Notes under the pieces: model-generated
Told to the model about the DNA's origin: nothing
The model's database searches: none
Seen by the model: only the letters and a program-made list of their open reading frames with translations
Assembly: GCA_964490395.1 (NCBI GenBank)
Contig: CAZBAS010000003.1
Coordinates: 120,293-184,292, forward strand
Source of the DNA: an uncultured Candidatus Saccharibacteria bacterium
Lineage (GTDB): Bacteria > Patescibacteriota > Doudnabacteria > UBA920
Direction of reading: 5' to 3'
Length of the DNA: 64,000 bases
Part shown: piece by piece, positions 46,385 to 55,818 of the stretch
How positions within the stretch are numbered: position 1 is the first letter of the stretch
Layout: each line of letters begins with the position of its first letter
Translations under genes and position numbers: made by a program

Positions 46385-47383
46385 ATGCTTAAAAAGATTG
46401 GTTTAGTAGTTGCTCTATTTTTTATAGGTTCGGCAGCTTTTCCAAGTTTTGCCAAGGCAGACTTTGCGCCACTTGTGCTTACCAAGCAAGTACGAAATAT
46501 AACGCAAGGCAGCACCCTTGCGGCAAATGCGAATGCAACTCCAGGTGACGAACTTGAATTTGAAGTCGCTGTCCAAAATGCAAGCACAGCGGCTCTGCCA
46601 CTAGTAACGCTTTCAGATGTTGCATTAAGTTCTTTGCAATTTGAACCGAACATATATGTATCGCGCGCCTATGCGGGTCAGCTCGGTACTCCTGGTATTC
46701 AAGTGGCAAGTGTGGAAACGGGCGGTACAGTAGTGCTGCGTTACCGAGCAGTGCTTTCTCCGACTGTATCGGTAAATAGCACATTGTGCAGCGTTTCCAA
46801 TGCTGCCATGGCGGGGGCAAGTACGAGCGCTACTTCCTGCGTATATGTTCAGGCGAAACCTGCAGGGGCAAGTGCCCAAGGTCTTGTGCGCCAGAGTGTA
46901 ACAGTTGTTAACGATACAAAAAATACATCGGGACCATCTGTTTCTGCACAAAAGGAAGATTTTCTTACTTATACATTCACCGCAACCAATGCAGGTACAG
47001 TAAGTTCGCCTAATTATGCCATGATGATAAATATTTCTGGCATTTCACCATTGGTAGACGTTGTTGATTTAGGTGGTGGCGTACTCAGCGGCTCTACAGT
47101 GTCCTATGCAGGAAGCGATATACTGCCGGGTGCAAGTCTTACCCATACTATGCGTGTCCGAGTGAAATATTATGTGCCCCCCTATGGGTTTAGGTTGTCT
47201 GTGCAATACGGAAATGAAGCAGTGGTAACCATCCCTCACGCGACCGGGCTCGCAAATGGGTACGTAGCGCCAAATACCGGAAAAACTCGTGAGGTGCCTA
47301 CAGCTGTTTTGGCAGGTCTCGTGCTTGCTAGCGCTGCTTTTGTTCTCACGCAGCGGCGTTTGCGAACTGTAGTATTCAAATAA
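46385..47383 (+). CDS. DUF11-repeat surface protein with a C-terminal sorting-signal-like tail
   Basis: A signal peptide and DUF11-like repeats (TPGDELEFEVAVQN) are followed by a C-terminal VAPNTGK motif, a hydrophobic helix and RRLR. Confidence 0.55.
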   Translation: MLKKIGLVVALFFIGSAAFPSFAKADFAPLVLTKQVRNITQGSTLAANANATPGDELEFEVAVQNASTAALPLVTLSDVALSSLQFEPNIYVSRAYAGQLGTPGIQVASVETGGTVVLRYRAVLSPTVSVNSTLCSVSNAAMAGASTSATSCVYVQAKPAGASAQGLVRQSVTVVNDTKNTSGPSVSAQKEDFLTYTFTATNAGTVSSPNYAMMINISGISPLVDVVDLGGGVLSGSTVSYAGSDILPGASLTHTMRVRVKYYVPPYGFRLSVQYGNEAVVTIPHATGLANGYVAPNTGKTREVPTAVLAGLVLASAAFVLTQRRLRTVVFK

Positions 47384-47397
47384 CATATGGCATTATA

Positions 47398-47421
47398 CAT
47401 ATCCACCCGAGCGGTGGATAT
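47398..47421 (+). terminator. terminator hairpin
   Basis: atatccacccgagcggtggatatttttatt. Confidence 0.5.
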
Positions 47422-47559
47422 TTTTATTGCACATGGTGAGAAGCTCATGCTATATTAGTTACAACAAAAATAGAGCCGGTAAATACAAAAACAAACCAAT
47501 GGAGAGCGGTTTGTTTATTTTATTAGTATTTTGCTTATAGTGGATTCGAGGGTCTTCAT

Positions 47560-48735
47560 ATGGATGAAAAATTGCTCATAGAACTTATAGAAGAAGCGCA
47601 AAAAAGAGGTGGTGGGTTAATTCTGAATATGGGCGACACGCCTCGTGCGGTAGTGCTCAGTGTTGATGCGTACACTGAACTTTTATCGGGTAAGTCGAGC
47701 GATTTATTGGCCCCTGCTTCGGCAGCAACAACCGAGCCGCTGGCAGAAAAGGAAAAGCCTATGACAGTGCTGGTAACGGGAGGTGCTGGATATATTGGTG
47801 GTCACGTGGTACGTGAGGCGTTGGCGCAGGGGTATAGTGTGGTGGTGCTCGATAATCTCAGCACAGGCAAGCGGGAACATGTTCCGAGTGGGGCCGTGTT
47901 CATAGAGGGAGATGTGCGCGATGTAAACTTACTTCGTGATATTTTTGCTCAGTACGCCATTACAGTAGTGGTCCATTTAGCGGCGTTACTAGAAGCGCAA
48001 GAGTCGGTTGCGCAGCCGGTGCCGTATTTTGAAACGAATGTGCTTGCTACCATGCGGCTCGTAGAGGTGATGCATGAAGTAGGGGTACATAAGCTTCTGT
48101 TTGCTTCAACTGCAGCAGTATATGGAGCAAGCAATGTGGGGAATTTTACCGAGAGCTCTCCGTGTGCTCCCACGAACCCCTATGGCTCTAGTAAGCTCTT
48201 GGCTGAGCAAGGTCTGGAATACTTTGCTACCTATGCAGGTATAACAGTAACGGTGCTCCGTTTTTTCAACGTAGCTGGCACACATGAGGCTTGGGGTATT
48301 CACGATACCCACGACCGGGCGCACCTCATTCCACTGGTGCTCGATGTTGCAAAGGGAAAGAGTTCTCAGCTTACTGTGTTTGGCGAAGACTACGAAACCG
48401 TAGATGGTACCTGTGTGCGTGATTACGTGCATGTGTACGACATAGCACGGGCTATTCTGGCTGCCGCTACTATACCGCAAAGTGATTCGTATGAGGTATA
48501 TAACGTGGGTACGGGGCATGGCGCGAGTGTTCGTGAAATAGTGCAGGTTGTAGCTGAGATAACTGGCCGTATGGTGCCAATGGAAGTAGGGCCACGAAGG
48601 GCTGGCGATGACGCGCAGCGGGTTGCTGATGCCTCTAAAATAAAACAGGCGTTAGGGTTTGCTACCCTGCATAGCAGCCTTGCAGAAATAATAGAGTCTG
48701 CTTGGGAGTCTGTTGCTGAGTCCGCAGGTATGTAA
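47560..48735 (+). CDS. galE: UDP-glucose 4-epimerase with an in-frame 67-aa N-terminal extension
   Basis: The GalE core starts at the ATG at 47761 (MTVLVTGGAGYIGGHVV) and has YxxxK. The upstream in-frame segment contains AVVLSVDAYTELL, which is antitoxin-like. Confidence 0.8.
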   Translation: MDEKLLIELIEEAQKRGGGLILNMGDTPRAVVLSVDAYTELLSGKSSDLLAPASAATTEPLAEKEKPMTVLVTGGAGYIGGHVVREALAQGYSVVVLDNLSTGKREHVPSGAVFIEGDVRDVNLLRDIFAQYAITVVVHLAALLEAQESVAQPVPYFETNVLATMRLVEVMHEVGVHKLLFASTAAVYGASNVGNFTESSPCAPTNPYGSSKLLAEQGLEYFATYAGITVTVLRFFNVAGTHEAWGIHDTHDRAHLIPLVLDVAKGKSSQLTVFGEDYETVDGTCVRDYVHVYDIARAILAAATIPQSDSYEVYNVGTGHGASVREIVQVVAEITGRMVPMEVGPRRAGDDAQRVADASKIKQALGFATLHSSLAEIIESAWESVAESAGM

Positions 48736-48796
48736 TATTTCTGTTCTCAAAAAAAGCAAGATATTTTAATGAATTTCTTGCTTTTTACTTTAAAAA

Positions 48797-48836
48797 TTGC
48801 CCGCCCAAGGCGGATCCGCCTTGGGCGGAAAAATTA
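48797..48836 (+). terminator. Rho-independent terminator
   Basis: gcccgcccaaggcggatccgccttgggcggaaaaatt. Confidence 0.65.
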
Positions 48837-48911
48837 AAAATTCTAACCATTTTGGGTGTCCCATGGTATAATTACCTGTAACATAGGATAAATTTAATCG
48901 ATTAATACTAT

Positions 48912-49631
48912 ATGCAGAAGTTATCTGTGGTTATTCCTGCGTACAAAGAGGCGCAGCGCATAGAAAGTACACTTAAAAAAATTCAGACTTTTTTGCAGGC
49001 GCAAAGTTACGCTCATGAGGTACTGGTTGTGGTAGATGGTTCTCCAGATAATACTGCGGAAGTAGTAGAGCAGTGCCGGGCATGGTTTCCTGAACTGAAG
49101 CTTATTAACAATACAGAAAATAAAGGTAAAGGTGCGGTAGTGAAGCAAGGGATGCTTGCAGCTACCGGTGATGTTCGTTTGTTTATGGATGCAGACGGTT
49201 CTACAGCAGTTGACCACATAACCTCATTCCTGCCGTATTTTGAAAAAGGGTACGATGTCGTAGTGGGCTCACGCAGAACTGAAGGTGCAAACATTGCGGT
49301 ACACCAGCCATTGCTTAGGGATTTTCTTGGTGGAGTGTTTCGTTTTATAGTTCATACGCTTGTGCCGCTCCATGTTACGGACTCTCAGTGCGGCTTTAAA
49401 GCGTTTACGGCAGAGGCGGCGCAGAAAGTATTTCCGAAGCAGACTATAGAGCGATTTGCATTTGATGTAGAAATACTTGCAATTGCTCGAAGGGAAAAGC
49501 TAAAGATAGAAGAAGCGCCAGTGACCTGGATAAATGACGGCGCGAGCACCGTTAAATTTATGTGGATGGTGCAAATGCTGCTCGAGATAGGGTTAGTACG
49601 ACTGAACTTGTGGACAGGAAAGTACAAATAG
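48912..49631 (+). CDS. family 2 glycosyltransferase (Dpm1-like polyprenyl-phosphate glycosyltransferase)
   Basis: LSVVIPAYKEA, VVVDGSPDNT and FMDADGST. Confidence 0.8.
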   Translation: MQKLSVVIPAYKEAQRIESTLKKIQTFLQAQSYAHEVLVVVDGSPDNTAEVVEQCRAWFPELKLINNTENKGKGAVVKQGMLAATGDVRLFMDADGSTAVDHITSFLPYFEKGYDVVVGSRRTEGANIAVHQPLLRDFLGGVFRFIVHTLVPLHVTDSQCGFKAFTAEAAQKVFPKQTIERFAFDVEILAIARREKLKIEEAPVTWINDGASTVKFMWMVQMLLEIGLVRLNLWTGKYK

Positions 49632-49639
49632 TGAAGAAA

Positions 49640-49737
49640 TGTCCAATTTCTAATATCTAATATCTAATGTTCGGACTATAGGGTTAAGAATTTTCATTAG
49701 GAATTAGAAATTAGGTATTAGACATTAAACGCCAGTT
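49640..49737. repeat. AT-rich inverted-repeat element of the TAATTCCTAATTTCTAAT family, upstream of the subtilase gene
   Basis: aatttctaatatctaatatctaat is paired with attaggaattagaaattaggtattagacatt. Confidence 0.5.
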
Positions 49738-49743
49738 CCAGTA

Positions 49744-51402
49744 TTGATTACTAGATATCGTTTAATGTACAACTATAAAAGAAATTTAAAAAAACTGATT
49801 ATCTATAGCACTACCTTGCTTGCTCTAGCTTGTTCTGCCGTTCCCGTGCAGGCATTTTCGGTGCATGCGGGGGCGATTGATGTGAACGATCCTGGCTTTA
49901 CGTCGGATTCACTTAATATAGATAGGCAGTGGGGGCTTTCTAAAGCTAAATTTATCGATGCATGGAATAAGACTACGGGCAGTAGTTCTGTTGTGGTTGC
50001 GGTTATAGATACGGGCATAGACGAAACCCACGAAGATTTGTCGCGCACTACTTTTATCCCGGGGTTTGATTTTATTACCAGCACCGTACTTACTCCTGGA
50101 ACTGACTCTGATGATAATGGCCACGGAACCCTTGTTGCAGGTATTCTTGGCGCAGTAGCAAACAATGGCATAGGGATAGTTGGTACCAACTGGCAGGTGG
50201 CTCTTATGCCGCTGAAAGCGCTCGATAGTAATGGTTCCGGCACATCTGAGAATGTTGCTAAAGCAATTGTGTGGGCCACTGACCATGGCGCGTTTATTAT
50301 AAATCTTAGTTTGGGCGGGGTGGGTTTTGGGCAAGACGTTGGCCTTGCAAAAGCAATTACTTACGCATTTCAGCACAATGTAGTTATAGTCGCTGCCGCG
50401 GGTAATGACTCTGCTCCAAACGGGGGTAACTTAGACCAAGACCCGGTATTTCCTATCTGTGATGATAACGGTCAGAACATGGTGATAGGCGTGGCAGCGG
50501 TGGATGCACTAGATCAAAAGCCTTCTTTTTCAAATTACGGAAAAAACTGCGTAGATGTTTCAGCTCCTGGTAAGCGAATACTTTCAACTATAAGTCGCGA
50601 CCCTATAACGCGAGCAAAATCCCCAAATTCGTACGCGTACGCCTCTGGCACTTCGCTGGCGGCGCCGTTTGTGAGTGGCCAGGCAGCATTGCTAAAAGCG
50701 CTGTTTCCAAATGCAACGAACCGTCAGATACGCGATCGGATTATTTCTACTACGGACCCTATAGACGCGCCCAACATAAGCCTTTGTAACGGGCCGTGTG
50801 CAGGAAAGATTGGTACTGGGCGTATAAATGTTGCGAGCAGCCTCTCAAGCACTATTTTGCCAGAAATCATAGCAGAAGGAGATTTGGTGCAGGTTATTGA
50901 GACTGGAGAAATTTTTGTAATTAGTGGCGGTAAGCGGCTTCATGTGAGCAGCTTTGTACAGCAGCAACGGTACGGAAACAGTGCTCCTCGGCAAGTATAT
51001 ACCTGGCAAGTGTTGTCGTTTCCGGAGGGACAATATGCGCAGCCTGCAGATGGAACTTTGGTGAAAAAAGCGAGCGGCTCTACGGTGTATTTTATGCAAA
51101 ATGGCATAAAGATGCCTGTATCGTACGACGTATTTGTGCAGCGAAAATTTACGTTTGATAGGGTGTTCACTCTTGGTGATGTTGAGATGGACGCGTGGCT
51201 CACGGGAAAGTTTTTACCGCCGAGTGACGGGGCGTTGGCGCGCTCACGAACCAATCGCACAGTCTACTGGGTGGTTGGTGGTGTATTACACCCTATTACT
51301 GCAGCATTCTATGCAAATCGCGGTCTTTCTGTATTTCCCATTGTGTACTTTAACGATGGTGATATAAAACAATTTCCAAAAGGTGAAGCATATGTGAGGT
51401 AA
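49744..51402 (+). CDS. secreted subtilisin-like serine protease (S8) with C-terminal repeat domains
   Basis: It has the catalytic triad regions VAVIDTGID, HGTLVAGILGA and GTSLAAPFVSG. Confidence 0.85.
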   Translation: MITRYRLMYNYKRNLKKLIIYSTTLLALACSAVPVQAFSVHAGAIDVNDPGFTSDSLNIDRQWGLSKAKFIDAWNKTTGSSSVVVAVIDTGIDETHEDLSRTTFIPGFDFITSTVLTPGTDSDDNGHGTLVAGILGAVANNGIGIVGTNWQVALMPLKALDSNGSGTSENVAKAIVWATDHGAFIINLSLGGVGFGQDVGLAKAITYAFQHNVVIVAAAGNDSAPNGGNLDQDPVFPICDDNGQNMVIGVAAVDALDQKPSFSNYGKNCVDVSAPGKRILSTISRDPITRAKSPNSYAYASGTSLAAPFVSGQAALLKALFPNATNRQIRDRIISTTDPIDAPNISLCNGPCAGKIGTGRINVASSLSSTILPEIIAEGDLVQVIETGEIFVISGGKRLHVSSFVQQQRYGNSAPRQVYTWQVLSFPEGQYAQPADGTLVKKASGSTVYFMQNGIKMPVSYDVFVQRKFTFDRVFTLGDVEMDAWLTGKFLPPSDGALARSRTNRTVYWVVGGVLHPITAAFYANRGLSVFPIVYFNDGDIKQFPKGEAYVR

Positions 51403-51464
51403 GTATTTCAGCTGGTTTACTCTTGAACGAAACAAACTTCATTTGTGTAGGGTATACTATATAT

Positions 51465-51556
51465 AAATATCTAATTCCTAATTTCTAATGTCTAAAAAAA
51501 GACAAAGGAAAATCCGAACATTTGGAATTAGAAATTAGGAATTAGAAATTCATTTG
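51465..51556. repeat. AT-rich inverted-repeat element of the same family, downstream of the subtilase gene
   Basis: atctaattcctaatttctaatgtct is paired with ggaattagaaattaggaattagaaatt. Confidence 0.5.
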
Positions 51557-51563
51557 GCATCAT

Positions 51564-53426
51564 ATGATTACATATAAAAAACGGATTGGCGCATTTGTAG
51601 TGCTAACGCTTTTATTTAGCACTCTCGTGCCAAATGTAAGTTTAGCGCAGGCTATTGATACTTCGTTCGATCCTAATAAGCTTATAGACGATAAGGTATT
51701 TGCAGATACGCAAACCTTTGGTGGTGCAGAAGGTATTCAAAAGTTTTTGGAGAGCAAAAATAGCGTGCTAGCAAACACCTCCCCTGAATTTTTGACAAAA
51801 CTCAAGGAGCCAACGGTGACTATGCTTAAAACAGCTCTCGAAGATCCTCATCCTAACTTGCCACGTTTGCGCACGGCAGCAGAGCTTATCTGGGATGTTG
51901 CGCAAAGCAGCGGCATGAACCCGCAAGTGCTGTTGGTTACCTTACAGAAAGAACAGGGTCTTATTACCACACACCAAAACGATGACCCAAGTAGGCTCCA
52001 GCGAGCTTTGGACTTTGCTATGGGTTTTGATTGTCCCGATGATACTGGTTGCGGGACTTTGTTTCCTGGATTTTACTATCAATTGTTTGGCAATGTAGAC
52101 GCAACTGGTAACCGTTACCTGGGGGCCGCAAAGTCGCTTATGAAATCATTTAACGTACCTGAAGGACGGGGGCCGGTGATAAATGGGAAAACCACAAAAG
52201 TGGGGGACATAATAGAGCTTGGCAATACGCTTGGTGGCTATGATGGCGTACTGGAACGACAAACTGTCATGGTGCAAAACCGGGCAACGGCAGCCCTGTA
52301 TCGCTATACCCCTCATGTGTTCAACGGTAACTACAATTTTCAAAAATATTTCTCCCAGTGGTTTAAATACGCGAACGGCACCATAATGAAGCTGGCAAAC
52401 GACACTGCCACGTACATTATCCAAAATGGGAGCCGCCTTATGCTGCCTCAGTTTGTAGCGCAGGCACGTGGGCTTGATATGGCAAAGAGTATTACGGTAT
52501 CACCTACAGAAGTAGAGAGTTACCCCGTAGGTCCAGTCTATGGCCCTGCGGATAATACCATAGTGGCGGTTACGGGTGATACGCAGAAATATGTATTCAT
52601 AGATAACATAAAACATCCAGTTTCTGACTTTGTTATAGGTCAGCGCAAACTGAACGTAGCAGCTACGCTCACCATTAGTCCCGCAGAAGCACAGTTGTTT
52701 ACGAGCGGTGACGTGCTTACCCCTTCCGATGGAACGGTTATAAAAGCGCAGTCAAAACCTGAAGTATATTTGGTAGATGGCGGTAAGTTAAAGCTGTATA
52801 GTGCGTTTACCTTTAACCAGCGAAAAGTAGCAAAGCAGGTGCAGCTGGTTTCTGATGGCGAAGTTGCAACCTATCCTAAACAAGGGTTTGTAGCGCCGCT
52901 CGATGGCACGCTCATAAAGGCGCAGAACGACGGAGCTATATTTGAAATATCTCAGGGTGTAAAACATCCATTTACTGCCGCGCTGTTTAAGAATCGGGGT
53001 TTGAGCTTTAAGAACGTTGCAGCGCTCAGCGCTGAAGAGGTTGCAAGCTTCCCAGTAGATGGGTTTGCAACGCCTAAAGACAAGACGTTCTTCAAAGTTG
53101 CTGAGACGGGCCAGCTCTACTACTTTAAGGAAGGTACTAAGCGGACTATATCGGCATTTGTTGCAAAACAGCAGCGTATAACACCTGACTATACATTTGG
53201 TAAGGGCGAGGCAGATTCCTGGGCAGATGGCATAGCGGTGCCTCCACGAGACGGTACCTACCTCAAGGGCAATGCTACGGCAGACGTATATTATGTAAGC
53301 AAAGGCCAGCTCCACCCAATGACATACGCAGCGTACAAAGCGCGTAAACTTACTCCAGCGAAAATATCTACCATCCCTCAAGCTGAAGTAGATGCCTACG
53401 CAAAAGGGGATTTGATAGCTAAATAA
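51564..53426 (+). CDS. secreted protein made of about 60-aa repeats shared with the subtilase C-terminus
   Basis: It has a signal peptide. Repeated blocks such as DGTLIKAQ..GAIFEISQGVKHPFTAALFKNRGL resemble the DGTLVKKASGSTVYFMQNGIKMPV.. blocks of the subtilase. Confidence 0.5.
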   Translation: MITYKKRIGAFVVLTLLFSTLVPNVSLAQAIDTSFDPNKLIDDKVFADTQTFGGAEGIQKFLESKNSVLANTSPEFLTKLKEPTVTMLKTALEDPHPNLPRLRTAAELIWDVAQSSGMNPQVLLVTLQKEQGLITTHQNDDPSRLQRALDFAMGFDCPDDTGCGTLFPGFYYQLFGNVDATGNRYLGAAKSLMKSFNVPEGRGPVINGKTTKVGDIIELGNTLGGYDGVLERQTVMVQNRATAALYRYTPHVFNGNYNFQKYFSQWFKYANGTIMKLANDTATYIIQNGSRLMLPQFVAQARGLDMAKSITVSPTEVESYPVGPVYGPADNTIVAVTGDTQKYVFIDNIKHPVSDFVIGQRKLNVAATLTISPAEAQLFTSGDVLTPSDGTVIKAQSKPEVYLVDGGKLKLYSAFTFNQRKVAKQVQLVSDGEVATYPKQGFVAPLDGTLIKAQNDGAIFEISQGVKHPFTAALFKNRGLSFKNVAALSAEEVASFPVDGFATPKDKTFFKVAETGQLYYFKEGTKRTISAFVAKQQRITPDYTFGKGEADSWADGIAVPPRDGTYLKGNATADVYYVSKGQLHPMTYAAYKARKLTPAKISTIPQAEVDAYAKGDLIAK

Positions 53427-53443
53427 TCAGTTGTCAGTAAGCC

Positions 53444-53484
53444 GATGGGCACCATCTGCACGTTGCGTGCAGATGGTGCCCATC
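53444..53484. repeat. palindrome of the ATGGGCACCAT family, a likely terminator
   Basis: gatgggcaccatctgcacgttgcgtgcagatggtgcccatc. Confidence 0.5.
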
Positions 53485-53709
53485 ATCATTTAGAAGCAGT
53501 ATTCGAATTAGTAAATTATCTGCCGAATTTTGTGCTAGAATTCGGGCATGAAAACCTATTTGCAATGATGGTGGGTTATAAATCGTCTTTATCACTTTCG
53601 TAAAGTACAAAAGCGCGATTGGGTGTCGGAAGACGAATTTTTATGGTGGATGATCGGGATAGATATTAAAATTGCCATTTCCGAACCTCTAACAAAGCAG
53701 AATAATTAG

Positions 53710-54072
53710 AGCGGGAGAAAAGCTCTTATAACGAGATACCTCTTTGGCTCTAATCACTGGGATGACGATTTTTCGATATCGGATGATGGAATTAGGGGAA
53801 AAATACTGACTGTTGTCAAAGATTGTGAAGATGGTTCGATATCGTATATTGCACGAAGACAAATCGGCGCCAATTCTATTACCGCCAGGGAGCAATTAAA
53901 CTTACTTCCTAAAGGAAAAGAAGATTATGCTTTTTCTCATTTAGTAGTAGTGGCGATAAGTAACATAAGAATCGTTTGGTGGATTATTGTGCCAGTGCTA
54001 TCATTTTTGTTTGGCGTTTCGACTAGGGGTGGTGTGTACGTTATTAAAAAGATAATTAATCTTTTAATCTAG
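53710..54072 (+). pseudogene. 120-codon open frame with no ATG start, a possible gene remnant
   Basis: The frame runs 53710-54072 with no stop and encodes ...DGIRGKILTVVKDCEDGSISYIARRQIGANSI.... The only in-frame alternative start is the GTG at 53950. The region is AT-rich. Confidence 0.2.
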
Positions 54073-54192
54073 GCCACTAACTCGTTGCTGCTAAGGGGAT
54101 GTCTTTTCTAGTTTTGTATATGAAAAAAGTCATTGCTTGCAACAAAGACTTTTTAACTGACTACTGACAACTACATTCTTATTGCTAGATGC

Positions 54193-55542
54193 CTACTTAC
54201 TCGCAACCACTGTTGGTAACGGATGGTCGTTGAAGATCTGGACTAGTTTATCAATCTTCATGACGTAGTTTACGGTTTCGTTGCGGAGGATGCTTGCCTG
54301 GGTTTTATCCAGTTCTGCTTGTGCAGTCGTAAGTGTTGCTTGTTCTTTATTGAGTACGCCTTGGAGTTTGGCCTTATCTGCTTTTTTAGCAGTTTTCTTT
54401 ATTTGCACTTTAAGCGCGTTTATCACTGCTGTTTGCCGGTTTACTTTATCTTGAAGCGGCCCTACATCTGCCGAATGGTCTTGTGACCACAGGGGGCCGT
54501 AAGCAATGGCGGTTTTTGCCACGCGGACAGGTCCGCCGTTGTATGCAGCAACACCGTAGTCGAATGCGTGTGCTGCGAGAAATGCATCTCCAGCTCGGGT
54601 TTCTACTTCTTTTATGTAGTCATCGAGAAGTAGGTACGTTGCTTTTACGCCATTTACATGGTTGCGCATGCCGGTTACGAAGTCGGGAATAAGGTTTGCC
54701 TCTGGGTGTCGTTTTACTAAGGATGCGTAAGTAGAAGGAATGAACTGGCTTATACCCGCAGCTCCCGCGCTGCTAACACTGTATTTCCACGTTTCGCCCT
54801 CGTTGCCTGCGAGGAGCACATTTATTTTCGCTATGAGCTGCTTAGTATCTGCTGTGTTTAAAAACTCAGAGGTGTCCATGTGCTCGGCGTAGAGAAGGGA
54901 GCGTACAAGGCCGGGCTCTATAGCCGCAGGTATGCTTTTACCAGGACTGGAAATGGATGGGGTGTTTTGAAGCTGAACCACAGCTTGGGCAATAACTCCA
55001 TCTAAATACTGAGCTCCATAGCTACTTACCTCTGCAGTTACGAGTTCGGGGGAGTAGGGAACATATACACCAGAGTAGAGTGCTTTTTCTATGGCTGCTT
55101 TACTGCCAGATTCAACCGGGGTAATAAGGTATTTGAGTGCGAGCACTTTTCCGCCTGCTGGTTTGTTTACGGTAAAGCGGGTGTTTACCCCGTTAAACTT
55201 TACAACGTCTATATCATAATTTTTATCGGGGAACTCAAAGCTTGTGCCACGTTGCATGGCCGCAGTTACTTTTATGGTGCCGCTGGTTGGGTCGAGTACG
55301 GCAACTGCTAAGTCTTTTATGTCCAGGGTGTAATTTTGCAGGACTTGCTTTTTAGTTTTGCTCCGGGCCTGTACTGTGGTTTTGTAATGCGGAGTAAGGG
55401 CGTAGTTCAGCTTTACCGGAGCCAGTAGCTCCTTGGCCTGCTTAATTTGGGTAACGAGGCTTTGCGCCGGAGTTTCTGCTTGGGCCGGAAAGGGGAAGGC
55501 AATAAGCGCAAAAATGAGTGTGAGGAGTTGTAGTTTTTTCAT
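54193..55542 (-). CDS. secreted lytic transglycosylase (SLT domain) protein with a coiled-coil C-terminus
   Basis: A signal peptide is followed by the SLT motifs GISQFIPSTY and AYNGGP. Confidence 0.7.
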   Translation of the reverse strand: MKKLQLLTLIFALIAFPFPAQAETPAQSLVTQIKQAKELLAPVKLNYALTPHYKTTVQARSKTKKQVLQNYTLDIKDLAVAVLDPTSGTIKVTAAMQRGTSFEFPDKNYDIDVVKFNGVNTRFTVNKPAGGKVLALKYLITPVESGSKAAIEKALYSGVYVPYSPELVTAEVSSYGAQYLDGVIAQAVVQLQNTPSISSPGKSIPAAIEPGLVRSLLYAEHMDTSEFLNTADTKQLIAKINVLLAGNEGETWKYSVSSAGAAGISQFIPSTYASLVKRHPEANLIPDFVTGMRNHVNGVKATYLLLDDYIKEVETRAGDAFLAAHAFDYGVAAYNGGPVRVAKTAIAYGPLWSQDHSADVGPLQDKVNRQTAVINALKVQIKKTAKKADKAKLQGVLNKEQATLTTAQAELDKTQASILRNETVNYVMKIDKLVQIFNDHPLPTVVASK

Positions 55543-55599
55543 ATCGAATCGGTTTTTCTAAGCCCCAATATTATATCATGACGGTGTGAAAGTATGGTC

Positions 55600-55775
55600 T
55601 GTCATTGCGAGGAGGCCAGGCTCTGATGGTTGACGCGGCAATCTGCACTCCAATGTCATTCTGGGGGAGACTTTGTGACCGAAGAATCTAGATCCTTCGT
55701 CGCTCAGATGCATTCGCTTCTCAGGATGACAAATGCAAAGGGGTGAATGGTCACAGGGCGTTGCTCGCAATGACA
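55600..55775. mobile_element. MITE-like element of the TGTCATTGCGAGGAG family (A3), a longer nested copy
   Basis: The terminal inverted repeats are tgtcattgcgaggag and gttgctcgcaatgaca. The interior contains a second tgtcattctg...caggatgaca pair. Confidence 0.5.
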
Positions 55776-55818
55776 AATGGTAAGGGTGTTGCTACAATAC
55801 TCTCATACATAAGTAAGT

